A DNA stretch of 64,000 bases from a virus: the IMG/VR virus record IMGVR_UViG_3300045988_131786, positions 86,055 through 150,054 of that record, one strand, 5' to 3'. Each line of letters begins with the position of its first letter. Positions within the stretch are counted from its first letter, which is position 1. The notes under the pieces are model-generated. The model saw only the letters and a list, made by a program, of their open reading frames with translations, did no database searches and had not been told where the DNA came from. A program made the position numbers and the translations under genes. Below are positions 38,412 to 47,284 of this stretch, one piece after another.

Positions 38412-39474
38412 TCGTGACGCGAACTTCTTATATTTCTATAAGCGCTGACTATCTCTTACTTAACTAATATAAGTTAAGGAAACCGTTTCGGCATTTAACT
38501 AGCTTCGTTACCTAAAACTAGACTATGTACTAATAATAGCCCTACTTCCCTGCCCAGAAGGCTTAGGGAATAGTCGATACAGGTTCTTTAGACGTTTTTC
38601 CAGGTTCTTTTTTTAATAATGTCTGCAACGGTTGATTTTGATATACCATAATTTTTAGCTAAATTTTCATAAGAAATATTATTTTTTTCTCTATCTTCCC
38701 TAATCTGTTTAACTAATTCAGCATTTAATTTAGTATGTCTTTTTCTAACTTTAAATACTTCTGGCATGATTAAACCATATCTTTTTCCAGACCATATATT
38801 TAAAAAAGAATTAAAATGTAGCCTATCTTTGTATTTCTCATTATATATTTTTGTTGGACTTTCATTATTTAGATAAGCTTTTCTAAGTTCAATAATTTCT
38901 GACTCTGTTAATTTTGCTTGACCCCAAATTTCTTTTTTTCTATGCTCTAAAGTTTTCGGTTTAGAGCAATTTTTCCCACCATCTTCTACATTATAACCAT
39001 TAGGAACTTTAGTATTATAAAAATTAATATAATATATTTCTAATTCATTTAAAATATTTATATCATCAATATCTTTTACCAAAATTTCATATTTAAAGCT
39101 TTCATATCCATATTTTCTAAAAGCTTTATGTAATAAAGAATTATAATCAGAATTATTTGGATTTTTATATGCTGATTTATGTGCTGCATATCTTGCTTTT
39201 GGATTCACAGTTTGTCCAATATATTTTTTATTATTTTTTAAATTTGTATAACAATATATAATTCCCATATGTTATACCTCCTTTCATAATTAATATGAAA
39301 GGAGTCAGAAATTATTTAACTACTTACGTCCAAAGTTTCCCACGGGACTCCCTTATTTTTCAATTTAGGGTCCCCCGTTAGCATACATACCATTGTTTTG
39401 GTGTATGTATACCCCTAGCAGTCACTAGGCAAAGTTTTTCATTGTCCCAACACCCTTTTAATAGGGTTGAACAC
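38412..39474 (-). mobile_element. Group I intron (boundaries approximate) interrupting the DnaB-like helicase gene and carrying a GIY-YIG homing endonuclease ORF
   Basis: The helicase reading frame is broken between the two exons. The intervening DNA contains GC-richer structured segments (agtttcccacggga..cccgttagc ; ctgcccagaaggcttagggaatagtc) that recur at about 90% identity in the second intron at 44080..45158. Confidence 0.6.
38588..39268 (-). CDS. GIY-YIG homing endonuclease (intron-encoded), with a C-terminal helix-turn-helix
   Basis: GIIYCYTNLKNNKKYIGQT...R...H (GIY-x10-YIG); EDGG; C-terminal HTH (ISKSTVADIIKKRTWKN). GGAGG RBS upstream. Confidence 0.8.
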   Translation of the reverse strand: MGIIYCYTNLKNNKKYIGQTVNPKARYAAHKSAYKNPNNSDYNSLLHKAFRKYGYESFKYEILVKDIDDINILNELEIYYINFYNTKVPNGYNVEDGGKNCSKPKTLEHRKKEIWGQAKLTESEIIELRKAYLNNESPTKIYNEKYKDRLHFNSFLNIWSGKRYGLIMPEVFKVRKRHTKLNAELVKQIREDREKNNISYENLAKNYGISKSTVADIIKKRTWKNV

Positions 39475-40509
39475 AAACCTAACATCATGGTCGCGAATAT
39501 TCCGCTTTATTGTATTTTCTATATCCTGCAAATTAAAGTCTGGTAGTTCTTCTACATATAAAGGAGCTTTTGAAAGAATTTCCGCAGCTTTGAGTACTCT
39601 ATCTTCCTCATCACCTTCATATTTACCATTTAAAATATGTTCTTCATTTACATTTGAAAGAAAAGCTAACATCATTGTTTGTATTTCTTCCAATTCCTGC
39701 TCAGTTGTAATAAATAAAGTAGGATTACAAGCCCCTGTACTTATCCAACCAAATGTTTCATTATATATATGACTACAAGCTATATAGCAAGCATCTGCCA
39801 CCATTGACCTTGTCTTGCCAATCCCCGTGGCGGCTGACCGCAAATAAAACTTCTTTAATCTTGCACCACGAGTAACTGTATTAATAAGAGGTCCATATAA
39901 TGGAACACCTACTTCTGGATATTGTTTAAATTTTTCAATTAAATCAAAAACACCTTCGCCCGCTTGCTCACTAGCATTTTGAACATCATCAACATATTGC
40001 ATTCTGATAAGTTCAATTTTATCATTCACTCTACTGGCTATGTCGGTTAAAGAACAATTATCAAGTAGCTCTTCTTGTTCTTGTTTCTTTTTCATATCTA
40101 ATATATTATCTGGATCATATATATCAGATACATCAATCCCAAAATTATCAAATGCTCTTAATAGAGTCATTTTTTTAAGTCGATTATAATAATAATCAAA
40201 AGCTAAAGGGGAAGCACCATCTGAGGCTTTAATTAACCACTCTTCACCTTTTTGCTGCTTATATAAAGCTCCACTAGTTGGATGTGTTTCAAAAAAATCA
40301 GATACAGTTTTTAAATTTACCTCTTTTGCGCCTTGCTCATGAATTTTATATAAAGCCCCAAAAACTATTTTATGAAATTCATTAGAAAAGTCTTCTTCAT
40401 TTATTGTATATCTATCTTTTTCATCTAATAAAGATAAATTTTTAAATACATTTCCTATAACTTGAACTATAGCCGAAACATCTACATATTTACTTGCCAT
40501 TAATATCAA
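39475..40509 (-). CDS. DnaB-like replicative helicase, exon 1 (N-terminal and RecA-like core). The 3' boundary is approximate.
   Basis: Walker A GIGKTRSMVADACYIA; APLYVEE (the DnaB APIYIDD region); ...RDHDVRFVF parallels DnaB RDHGGLSLIMIDY. Confidence 0.65.
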
Positions 40510-41014
40510 CCTCCTCGTCTAAAAAACTAAATTTCTTTTTTGATTTTTTAATTTTTCTTTGTGGCTGAGGGATTGTTATATTAATAGTTTTAGGTATATA
40601 ATTTTCAATATTTACTTCTGAATTTCTCTTATTAACGCTCCACATCTTATAGTAATAATTCTTAGCTTCTTCATATACATATGGAACTATTCCTATTGAA
40701 CGACTAGCTTCATCTTCAATAGCATTACCCTGTACTTCATAAAAATATATTAATGCTTTATGAATACCAGAATATGTAAAGCCTAATTCAGTTACATATT
40801 TTTTAATAAGCAAATTTGTTCTTGCAAAATCATATTTACCATTATATAAAGTATATAAATATTTGTTTAAATTTGCTTTATCAACTTCTGTTTGATTTAT
40901 TGGTCCCTCTGGACATTTTTTATGAGCATATCTTCTTGAACTCACTTGAATAAAAGGAACTTTATCCCTATCAAATTGTCGCCCACAATTAACACATTTA
41001 CAAGGATGTGCCAT
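40490..41014 (-). CDS. Zinc-ribbon protein, hypothetical
   Basis: CKCVNCGRQF...HKKC near the N-terminus. Confidence 0.35.
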   Translation of the reverse strand: MAHPCKCVNCGRQFDRDKVPFIQVSSRRYAHKKCPEGPINQTEVDKANLNKYLYTLYNGKYDFARTNLLIKKYVTELGFTYSGIHKALIYFYEVQGNAIEDEASRSIGIVPYVYEEAKNYYYKMWSVNKRNSEVNIENYIPKTINITIPQPQRKIKKSKKKFSFLDEEVDINGK

Positions 41015-41107
41015 TTCTTTTTCCTCATTTCAATTTATATATAAATATTAACATATTTTAATAAAAAAATCAAGATAAGATAACTTACCTTGATTTTTCA
41101 TTTGACT

Positions 41108-42085
41108 TTACAGCAAATCTTCTTTAATTTCAGAAACAATTAAATAAATAATCTCTGCTTGTTCTCTCGTAGCATCAGATACTTTCTTTCCTTTTCCGAG
41201 GTATTTATCTACAATTTCTGTAATTTTTTCGCTGTTTTTTGTATCTCTCTGCATCAGCTCTCCAACTACAGTCTGAAATTCTGCCATAAGGGCATCAAAG
41301 TCATAAGTTGGTGCTTCTGTTTTCTCCATTTTCTCTTCTGTCACAAATTTATTGTCATGCTCTGCGGCTTCCTTATCAATAGCTGCATGAATGGTATCAA
41401 CAAGGGCATTATAATTCATTTCAATACAATCAGGAATATACTTAAAACGACAACCGCACTCAATAAATCCTGTTCTATCTCTTAAAACAAGAATAGAATT
41501 TTCACTACCATTCTGTTTTGCATATCCATAGATATCAGCCATACCACCAATAATTTCTCTTGTGGAATTGGAAAGTGCTGGGCGAATATTTGTTACATTA
41601 CCATTATCGTCTTTTGCTTCCTTATCATGTCCAAGAAAGAAAACTGCATAACCAAGCTGTGTAAGCCCTCTAAATACTTCATTGAATTCGTCTTTAAACT
41701 TAGACCATCCTTTTCCATAACCAAGGTCTCCAAGCTCTTCAATTCCATTTTGCTGACAAATATATTTCTTACATTTATCTGCGGCAACATCAATAGTGTC
41801 AACTACAACTGCTTTATAAACCTCTTTTACTTCTGGCTTTTTAAGTTCTCTATAAACCTGTTTCATCTCGCCCCAAGTTGTAATATCCTGAGCCATTACA
41901 CCAGGAAGAGCATTATATCCTGCCTCAAAAGCTAAAAGCAAAGCCCCTTCCATCTGAGTTGCTAAAGTAGTTTTTCCAGTCTTATATCCGCCATAAAGAT
42001 AGGTTATATACCCGCTGAGGTCTTTACTAACTTTATGTGGTTGAATTCCTAATAAATTAATTCCCATTCTTTTTATCTCCCTCAA
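41108..42085 (-). CDS. Sak4-like (AAA_24 family) RecA-fold ATPase
   Basis: YLYGGYKTGKTTLA Walker A with LLLAFEAG following. Size about 325 aa. Confidence 0.55.
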   Translation of the reverse strand: MREIKRMGINLLGIQPHKVSKDLSGYITYLYGGYKTGKTTLATQMEGALLLAFEAGYNALPGVMAQDITTWGEMKQVYRELKKPEVKEVYKAVVVDTIDVAADKCKKYICQQNGIEELGDLGYGKGWSKFKDEFNEVFRGLTQLGYAVFFLGHDKEAKDDNGNVTNIRPALSNSTREIIGGMADIYGYAKQNGSENSILVLRDRTGFIECGCRFKYIPDCIEMNYNALVDTIHAAIDKEAAEHDNKFVTEEKMEKTEAPTYDFDALMAEFQTVVGELMQRDTKNSEKITEIVDKYLGKGKKVSDATREQAEIIYLIVSEIKEDLL

Positions 42086-42199
42086 TTATATATGCTACTT
42101 TATCTATTAGCTTTTTCAATGCCAGTAAAATTTTTACCAACATAAAAATCTTTATTTTAATATCTTCTTTTTTTAAAATACCACAATCATTAACTACAT

Positions 42200-42232
42200 A
42201 CATATCTAAAAGATATGTATGTAGAATTTTGA
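42200..42232. promoter_or_regulatory. Perfect 13-bp inverted repeat (ctacatacatatc taaaa gatatgtatgtag) in the intergenic region upstream of the Sak4-like gene
   Basis: Read directly from the sequence. No T-run follows on either strand, so it is more likely an operator or processing site than a terminator. Confidence 0.3.
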
Positions 42233-42267
42233 TTAAATCTTCAACAGTTAAATAACCATTTTACTTA

Positions 42268-43224
42268 TTAGAAATTAAAACCTCCGCTTGCAGAAACTGC
42301 TGGCTTAGCAGTAGCTGATGCCGCAACAGGTGCCTGATTAGCTTTCTGTTCTTTCCACTCGATTGCTCTCTGTTTTACTCCTGCAAGATATGTTTCTCTT
42401 TCTGAAACAAGCTCTGCAAGCTTCTCCGCAGTAATGAAATCTTCAGAATCCCATTCATAAGGTACTTTTGCACTTCTGGTAAGTACATATTCCTTACGAG
42501 TGGAAGTAGATTCTCTTACAATATCATCACCGAAAGCATTCTCTTCTCGAATCTCTTTAACAATAGTTGTATTAATCTGATTACCACTAACTTCAGTACA
42601 TAATGGATTTTGATTAGAAATTTCACATCCTTCAAAATAGTCCATAGCGTTGGTATTATAAACCATTAACTCAATTGGAAGAATCTGACCTCTAAAATCA
42701 AAACATACTCCACCAAGTGTCATTCTTTCTGGAAGCTTTCTTTCCTCATCTTCTTCAATTCTTGTTGCTCTAGTAATTACCATATCAAGAGTAAAATAAT
42801 TACGAGAAGAATCATTAATACCATCAGTAATTACATGAACGAATCCGCCTTCATTTCTTTTTGGAGAAGCTAATTTCCACTCTCCGCCATTCTCAGTATA
42901 AAAATCATTCAAACCAATAGCAGAATCAATTCTTAACTTTGCGGCTCCATCTTTTCCAACTTCCATTGCGGTTTTAAGACGACCTTCAATAATATCTTTT
43001 AAAACTGTAAACGTTGCATTTGATTTTCCTGATGAAGTTACTGCAGTTACATATGTGAAATGAAATTCAACAATATTTTTTAACTCCTCATCAGTGGCAA
43101 TTCCAATTGTTCCTCTAATGAATTCAGTCCCTGGTTTCTTTGAATTTGGACCACTTACTTTCATCTCTAACTCATGCTCATAAAGATATCCTTCTGCGTG
43201 AACTACATTTTTCATTTTCTTCAT
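42268..43224 (-). CDS. Hypothetical protein with an acidic/Ala-Ser-rich C-terminal tail, possibly a ssDNA-binding partner of the Sak4-like ATPase
   Basis: Position upstream of the Sak4-like gene; C-terminal tail ...ASGGFNF. The functional suggestion is weak. Confidence 0.3.
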   Translation of the reverse strand: MKKMKNVVHAEGYLYEHELEMKVSGPNSKKPGTEFIRGTIGIATDEELKNIVEFHFTYVTAVTSSGKSNATFTVLKDIIEGRLKTAMEVGKDGAAKLRIDSAIGLNDFYTENGGEWKLASPKRNEGGFVHVITDGINDSSRNYFTLDMVITRATRIEEDEERKLPERMTLGGVCFDFRGQILPIELMVYNTNAMDYFEGCEISNQNPLCTEVSGNQINTTIVKEIREENAFGDDIVRESTSTRKEYVLTRSAKVPYEWDSEDFITAEKLAELVSERETYLAGVKQRAIEWKEQKANQAPVAASATAKPAVSASGGFNF

Positions 43225-43260
43225 ATTATTTTTTCTCCTTTAAAATAAAATTTTAATTAA

Positions 43261-43617
43261 TTAAGATATTTCGATATTTTTTCCTTTTTCTGTAATCGCA
43301 TAAAGAACTGGGTCTTGCCCTACTTTATCTACAAAACCATCAGAGCAGAGCTTTCTAATTCCACCCGAAACAACTCTAGAAGAAACTAACAATCCTTCTC
43401 CTATATCTTTTGCTTTCCACACTTCTGTAGATGGATTATCTTGTAGGAACTTTAATATCATTTTTCCCATATCAGTTAATATTGGTTTTTCAGCTGAATC
43501 TGTTGTACTTTTAAAAAGTCTCCAATATTCAACTGCTTCTGGATCAAACTCTGATAAATCTTCTTTTTCATTCATCAAAGTATCAATCATATTAATAAAT
43601 TTTTCTTTTTTTGTCAT
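43261..43617 (-). CDS. Small winged-helix-like putative DNA-binding protein
   Basis: VSSRVVSGGIRKLCSDGFVDKVG resembles wHTH recognition helix-wing regions. Confidence 0.35.
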   Translation of the reverse strand: MTKKEKFINMIDTLMNEKEDLSEFDPEAVEYWRLFKSTTDSAEKPILTDMGKMILKFLQDNPSTEVWKAKDIGEGLLVSSRVVSGGIRKLCSDGFVDKVGQDPVLYAITEKGKNIEIS

Positions 43618-43690
43618 TTTTTAACTCTCTTTCATTAATTTATATATTAATGATATAAAATTTAATATATAAAATCCAATAAAAGATTTT

Positions 43691-44079
43691 TTATTCAAAC
43701 AAAAAGTCATCAGCATAAGGCAAATATTTCGCAAATTTAATAAAACTGTCTAATTCTGAATCTATTCCATCAGTTTTACTCCATTCAACAAGTTTATGCC
43801 CTTTTCTTTGCTGAATCATTGTACGAATATTTTCATAACTCATTGTTACTGTGCGAGTTTGGAGCCATGATTCTGGAAGCCAGCACACAAGCTCTTTCCA
43901 GTAACGTTTATCTTTAGTTGCCAGATATTTCTGACGCAAACCCTCAAGAAATTGAATAAGATAATCAATTTCTTCTCCAGAAGTAATAATATCTGGACAA
44001 TAATCTCCTGTTTCAAAGCAATCTAAAGTAATTGGTTTACTTGTAAGTTTATGCATTGTAGATGTAGAATTTGCGGTTG
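43691..44079 (-). CDS. ThyX-fold (FAD-dependent thymidylate synthase-like) protein, exon 2
   Basis: After splicing, the junction reads APLYW|WKEFDTYKIGTTANSTSTMHKL, aligning with ThyX [27 protein letters not shown]. The C-terminal LPESWLQTRTVTMSYENIRTMIQQRKGHKLVEW aligns with ThyX [34 protein letters not shown]. The ThyX sequences are recalled from memory. Confidence 0.55.
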
Positions 44080-45158
44080 TACCGATTTTGTAAGTATCAA
44101 ATTCCTTCCCATTTATGGACTATCTTTTACCCCTTTTGCAATAAAGGAGGATACCATTTCGACATTTAACTAACTTCGTTACCTAAAATTAGACTACGTA
44201 TCAATAGTAGCTCTACTTCCCTGCCCAAAAGGCTTAGGGAATAGTCTCTACAGGTTCTAATTATATTAAATCTTCAATAGTAAAATTTTGGTTATATTTA
44301 ATAATTTTCAATGGAATATTATGCTTTTCACAATATTCTCTTTTTCTCTTATCATTTTCAATAAGATTATCCCATTCTTTTCCCCAACTTCCTTCAGGTC
44401 TTAAATAATGTTGTAATCCATTAAATTCGATAAGACTTTTTAATTCTCCATTAGAAAATATTGCGAAATCGAATCTTAATCTTCTTCCACCAATTCCGTT
44501 TAAATCAGAAAAAGTGTATTGAGTAGAAAATTCATAATTTCCATCAATAAGCATTTTAGTAATTTTCTGTTCTCCTAAAGAATGAAGACATCCACAAGAT
44601 TGTATACCAACAGAACGTATATTGCTTCCTTTTGTTGTAAAAATATTTCCACAATGCTTACAAATACATTTCCAATGAGCAATTCCTTGCGGAGATGAGC
44701 CGTCTCTTTCAAGAACTTTAAAATTATCATCCTCATAACCAGTCATATCAACAACATTTTGAACGGCTTTTTCTTTTTGTAAACACCCGCATGATTGAGT
44801 ATGATTAGAATTAAGATTTCTTGTATCTACGTCTAATTCATTACCACAATCACAAATACAATGCCATTTACCACCTTTTATATAATATTGAGGTGTTAAT
44901 CGACCAAATTTTTTACCTGTTAAATCAACTCTTGGTTTAGATTTTCTTGTTTGTTTTTCCATATTAAATTATCTCCTTACTTTTTATCGTTCTATTATAT
45001 CTAAAAAGTATCCAAGTATAATTTAATAAGTTTGACACGATTTTTTATAATTAGTTTCCCACGGGATTCCAATGGGTGGTTCCCCGTTAGCTATATTTTA
45101 CAAAAATATAACCCTCGCTGATAAGCGAGCAAAGTATTTCATTGGCAGAAAGAATTCT
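44080..45158 (-). mobile_element. Group I intron in the ThyX-like gene, carrying a homing endonuclease ORF
   Basis: Exon 1 ends in U (..tac tgg t|) and the intron ends in G (..aaatg|gg aag), matching group I splice-site rules and restoring the ThyX alignment across the junction. The 5' and 3' structured segments are about 90% identical to the DnaB intron (38412..39474). Confidence 0.65.
44261..44962 (-). CDS. Intron-encoded homing endonuclease-like protein. Its N-terminal half has repeated zinc-ribbon CxxC pairs; its C-terminal domain is Vsr/EDxHD-like.
   Basis: CICDCG...CGCLQKE and CICKHCGN...CGCLHS Cys pairs. C-terminal RLRFDFAIFSNGELKSLIEFNGLQHY resembles very-short-patch-repair / EDxHD-type nuclease motifs. 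Confidence 0.5.
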   Translation of the reverse strand: MEKQTRKSKPRVDLTGKKFGRLTPQYYIKGGKWHCICDCGNELDVDTRNLNSNHTQSCGCLQKEKAVQNVVDMTGYEDDNFKVLERDGSSPQGIAHWKCICKHCGNIFTTKGSNIRSVGIQSCGCLHSLGEQKITKMLIDGNYEFSTQYTFSDLNGIGGRRLRFDFAIFSNGELKSLIEFNGLQHYLRPEGSWGKEWDNLIENDKRKREYCEKHNIPLKIIKYNQNFTIEDLI

Positions 45159-45579
45159 ACCAGTAGAGTGGAGCCGTAATGTCAACTGTTACCATAATTT
45201 GACGTAAAAATTTCCTATGCTCAGGACCTGCTTTAATTAAACGTTTAGCTAAATCCATATCATTTGGACCAATAAAAGCAACATTAGCTATTTGATGGTC
45301 AAAATCAATTTCAAGTAAACCATTTTTAAGTAACCATCTATCATAATCATCTGTTAAATCAGAAGAAGCTTTGCTATAAGTCTCTGGATAATCTGGGTCT
45401 TTGGTCTCTTGAACCCAAGTTTCCGCCACTAAATAATCCTGTTGACTGTCTTCTATATTAATCAAACCAAAAAAACTATCACTCTTATTCCAGCTCTCTA
45501 ATGGATTTCTCATTCCTCTAAGAGCAGGTCCAAAATTATAAGTTTTAATATTTTCAAACTTCATTCTTTTACCTTCCAT
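45159..45579 (-). CDS. ThyX-fold protein, exon 1
   Basis: GPALRGMRNPLESWNKS parallels ThyX GRACYQSWSKPNP. AGPEHRKFLRQIMVTVDITAPLYW parallels [20 protein letters not shown]. Confidence 0.55.
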
Positions 45580-45851
45580 TCTATAACTAATTTCATTTTC
45601 TGTTTTAATTCTACTTCTATAATTAACATATCATTATAACCAAAAGCAGTTTTGATTAATTTAAAATAACGATTATGAATTTCAATTATATCTTCTTTAG
45701 TAGACTTATCAGATTTACCATATTCTGCAACCATTAGGTCACTTATGGTAGGATAACCTTTATATAAATATGTTCGCGGTTTCCCATTATCATACCAAGA
45801 TAAAAAGGTATCACCTAATATATTTTTATTATAATTAGTAAAAAAATACAT
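45561..45851 (-). CDS. Hypothetical protein (96 aa)
   Basis: ORF overlapping the start of the ThyX-like exon 1. Confidence 0.35.
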   Translation of the reverse strand: MYFFTNYNKNILGDTFLSWYDNGKPRTYLYKGYPTISDLMVAEYGKSDKSTKEDIIEIHNRYFKLIKTAFGYNDMLIIEVELKQKMKLVIEWKVKE

Positions 45852-45864
45852 AAGTAATACCTCC

Positions 45865-46854
45865 TTATTTTATACTATAACCAAAATCTTTGGCATGAAA
45901 ATATTCTTGCCAATAATCTTCACGTTCATTTAATTCTTCTGGTTTTACTTTTTCAATTACTTCAAAAGTAAAATTTTCTGGTCCACTCTCTTGCATTGCT
46001 GGATATAATTTATTGCGGGTTGGCGTTTCTGCGCCTACTCCACGTTTGATATGCTGTCGCCAACGCTCTCGAATATTGACCGCCTGCCCAATATAACATT
46101 TTCCATCTAAAATATTTGTAATTTTATAAATACCTGTAATATCTTTATCTCCAATGACTCTACCAATTAAAGCATTATAAGGTTTTTCATAGTACACTTT
46201 ATAAATTACTTTATTAATAGCATCTGGATAACGAATATTAGAACTTACCTCACGTAGTTTTTTAATTTCTGCAACATCTTGTTCTGATAATTGGAGTCTA
46301 TAAAAATCTTGCTGAGACTCTTTTTCTTCTTCACGTTTTTTAGCTTCAACAGCCGCATCTACAAGAGACTTATATTTTTCTAATTCATTTCGGAATTGAA
46401 GAATTTCATTTTTTTTATTTTTAGAATCTTCATTAAAACCTTTTACAATTTCTTCAACAGATTTTAAATAAGCATCTTTATAAGAACTTCTATCTTCTTC
46501 AAGTTTAGCAGATAATTTTTCTGCTTCTCTATCATAAGTATCATTTAATCCATTAATAAATTCTTGTAACTTCATAGATTCTTTATTATAAGAGTCTTTT
46601 AACTTTGTAATTTCACTCGTATAATTAAAAGATTCTTTAGTCAATGCTCTAAGAGTACCTCTCATTTTAGCTATTTTAGATTCATAATCTTCATTAGTTA
46701 AATTAAGAAATTGTTTATTAGATTCTAATTCTTCAATATCAAATTCTAATAATGATTTAGTTTTCTTTAATTTTGAAATTTGATAAATTTCCAGACAAAT
46801 TATAATCAAACCTAAAATACCTAAGAAAAACATTATTAAATATAATACATTCAT
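45865..46854 (-). CDS. Membrane-anchored coiled-coil protein with a C-terminal GIY-YIG nuclease domain
   Basis: N-terminal transmembrane helix VLYLIMFFLGILGLIIICL; about 180 aa of coiled coil (KLKDSYNKESMKLQEFINGL...); C-terminal GIYKITNILDGKCYIGQAVNIRERWRQH...ENFTFEVIEKV...REDYWQ. Confidence 0.6.
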   Translation of the reverse strand: MNVLYLIMFFLGILGLIIICLEIYQISKLKKTKSLLEFDIEELESNKQFLNLTNEDYESKIAKMRGTLRALTKESFNYTSEITKLKDSYNKESMKLQEFINGLNDTYDREAEKLSAKLEEDRSSYKDAYLKSVEEIVKGFNEDSKNKKNEILQFRNELEKYKSLVDAAVEAKKREEEKESQQDFYRLQLSEQDVAEIKKLREVSSNIRYPDAINKVIYKVYYEKPYNALIGRVIGDKDITGIYKITNILDGKCYIGQAVNIRERWRQHIKRGVGAETPTRNKLYPAMQESGPENFTFEVIEKVKPEELNEREDYWQEYFHAKDFGYSIK

Positions 46855-46909
46855 ATTTTTAGAGAAAAAGAGGACAATTAATATTGCCCTCTTTGTTTTT
46901 ATATATTAA

Positions 46910-47278
46910 TTACTCAGCTTCTGTTGCGTCTGGGTCAAATGCCATTCCAGCTGGTGTAAGTTTAAGGAATTTAACTGGTTTATGTGTTCCATCCTCAAGT
47001 TCTACCTCTGCAGGAACGCGAACGCCATATCCTTTACGCTGAATAGCTGCTGTAAAAATACCATCTACACTTTTCTTCGGAATATCAAGTGCTTCAGCTA
47101 CATCTGCTGCTGTTACGTTTGCTCCATCAATCTCTTTCAGATAATTAAATACTTTCTTAGAATTGTCTTTCATCATGGTAATAATCTCCTTTAAATATAT
47201 AATTTGTTTATTTTTATAATAGCTATTTTTACTAGCTTTATTTTTAAATATTATATCAAAAAAATTTTTAATGGTCAA
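46910..47278 (-). CDS. Hypothetical small protein. The real start is possibly the internal MMKDNSKK at 47174.
   Basis: ORF. The C-terminal half is hydrophilic with a helix-like VTAADVAEALDIPKKSV segment. Confidence 0.35.
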   Translation of the reverse strand: MTIKNFFDIIFKNKASKNSYYKNKQIIYLKEIITMMKDNSKKVFNYLKEIDGANVTAADVAEALDIPKKSVDGIFTAAIQRKGYGVRVPAEVELEDGTHKPVKFLKLTPAGMAFDPDATEAE

Positions 47279-47284
47279 ATATTT

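Noticed and set aside
39439-39474. The last about 12 codons of the ORF-track DnaB exon 1 ORF (..NPIKRVLGQ*)
   Set aside because: They probably represent read-through into intron sequence rather than exon. The exact 5' splice site is uncertain, so the boundary is given as approximate.
43691-45579. Calling the split gene a canonical thymidylate synthase ThyX (thyX)
   Set aside because: The overall fold alignment is good, but the catalytic RHR...S...RY motif is replaced by DTY...NSTSTMH. It is therefore annotated only as ThyX-fold protein with unknown activity, and no gene symbol is given.
45865-46854. Treating the transmembrane/coiled-coil GIY-YIG ORF as a third intron-encoded homing endonuclease
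   Set aside because: No flanking split host gene or intron core sequence was seen. It looks like a free-standing fusion gene.
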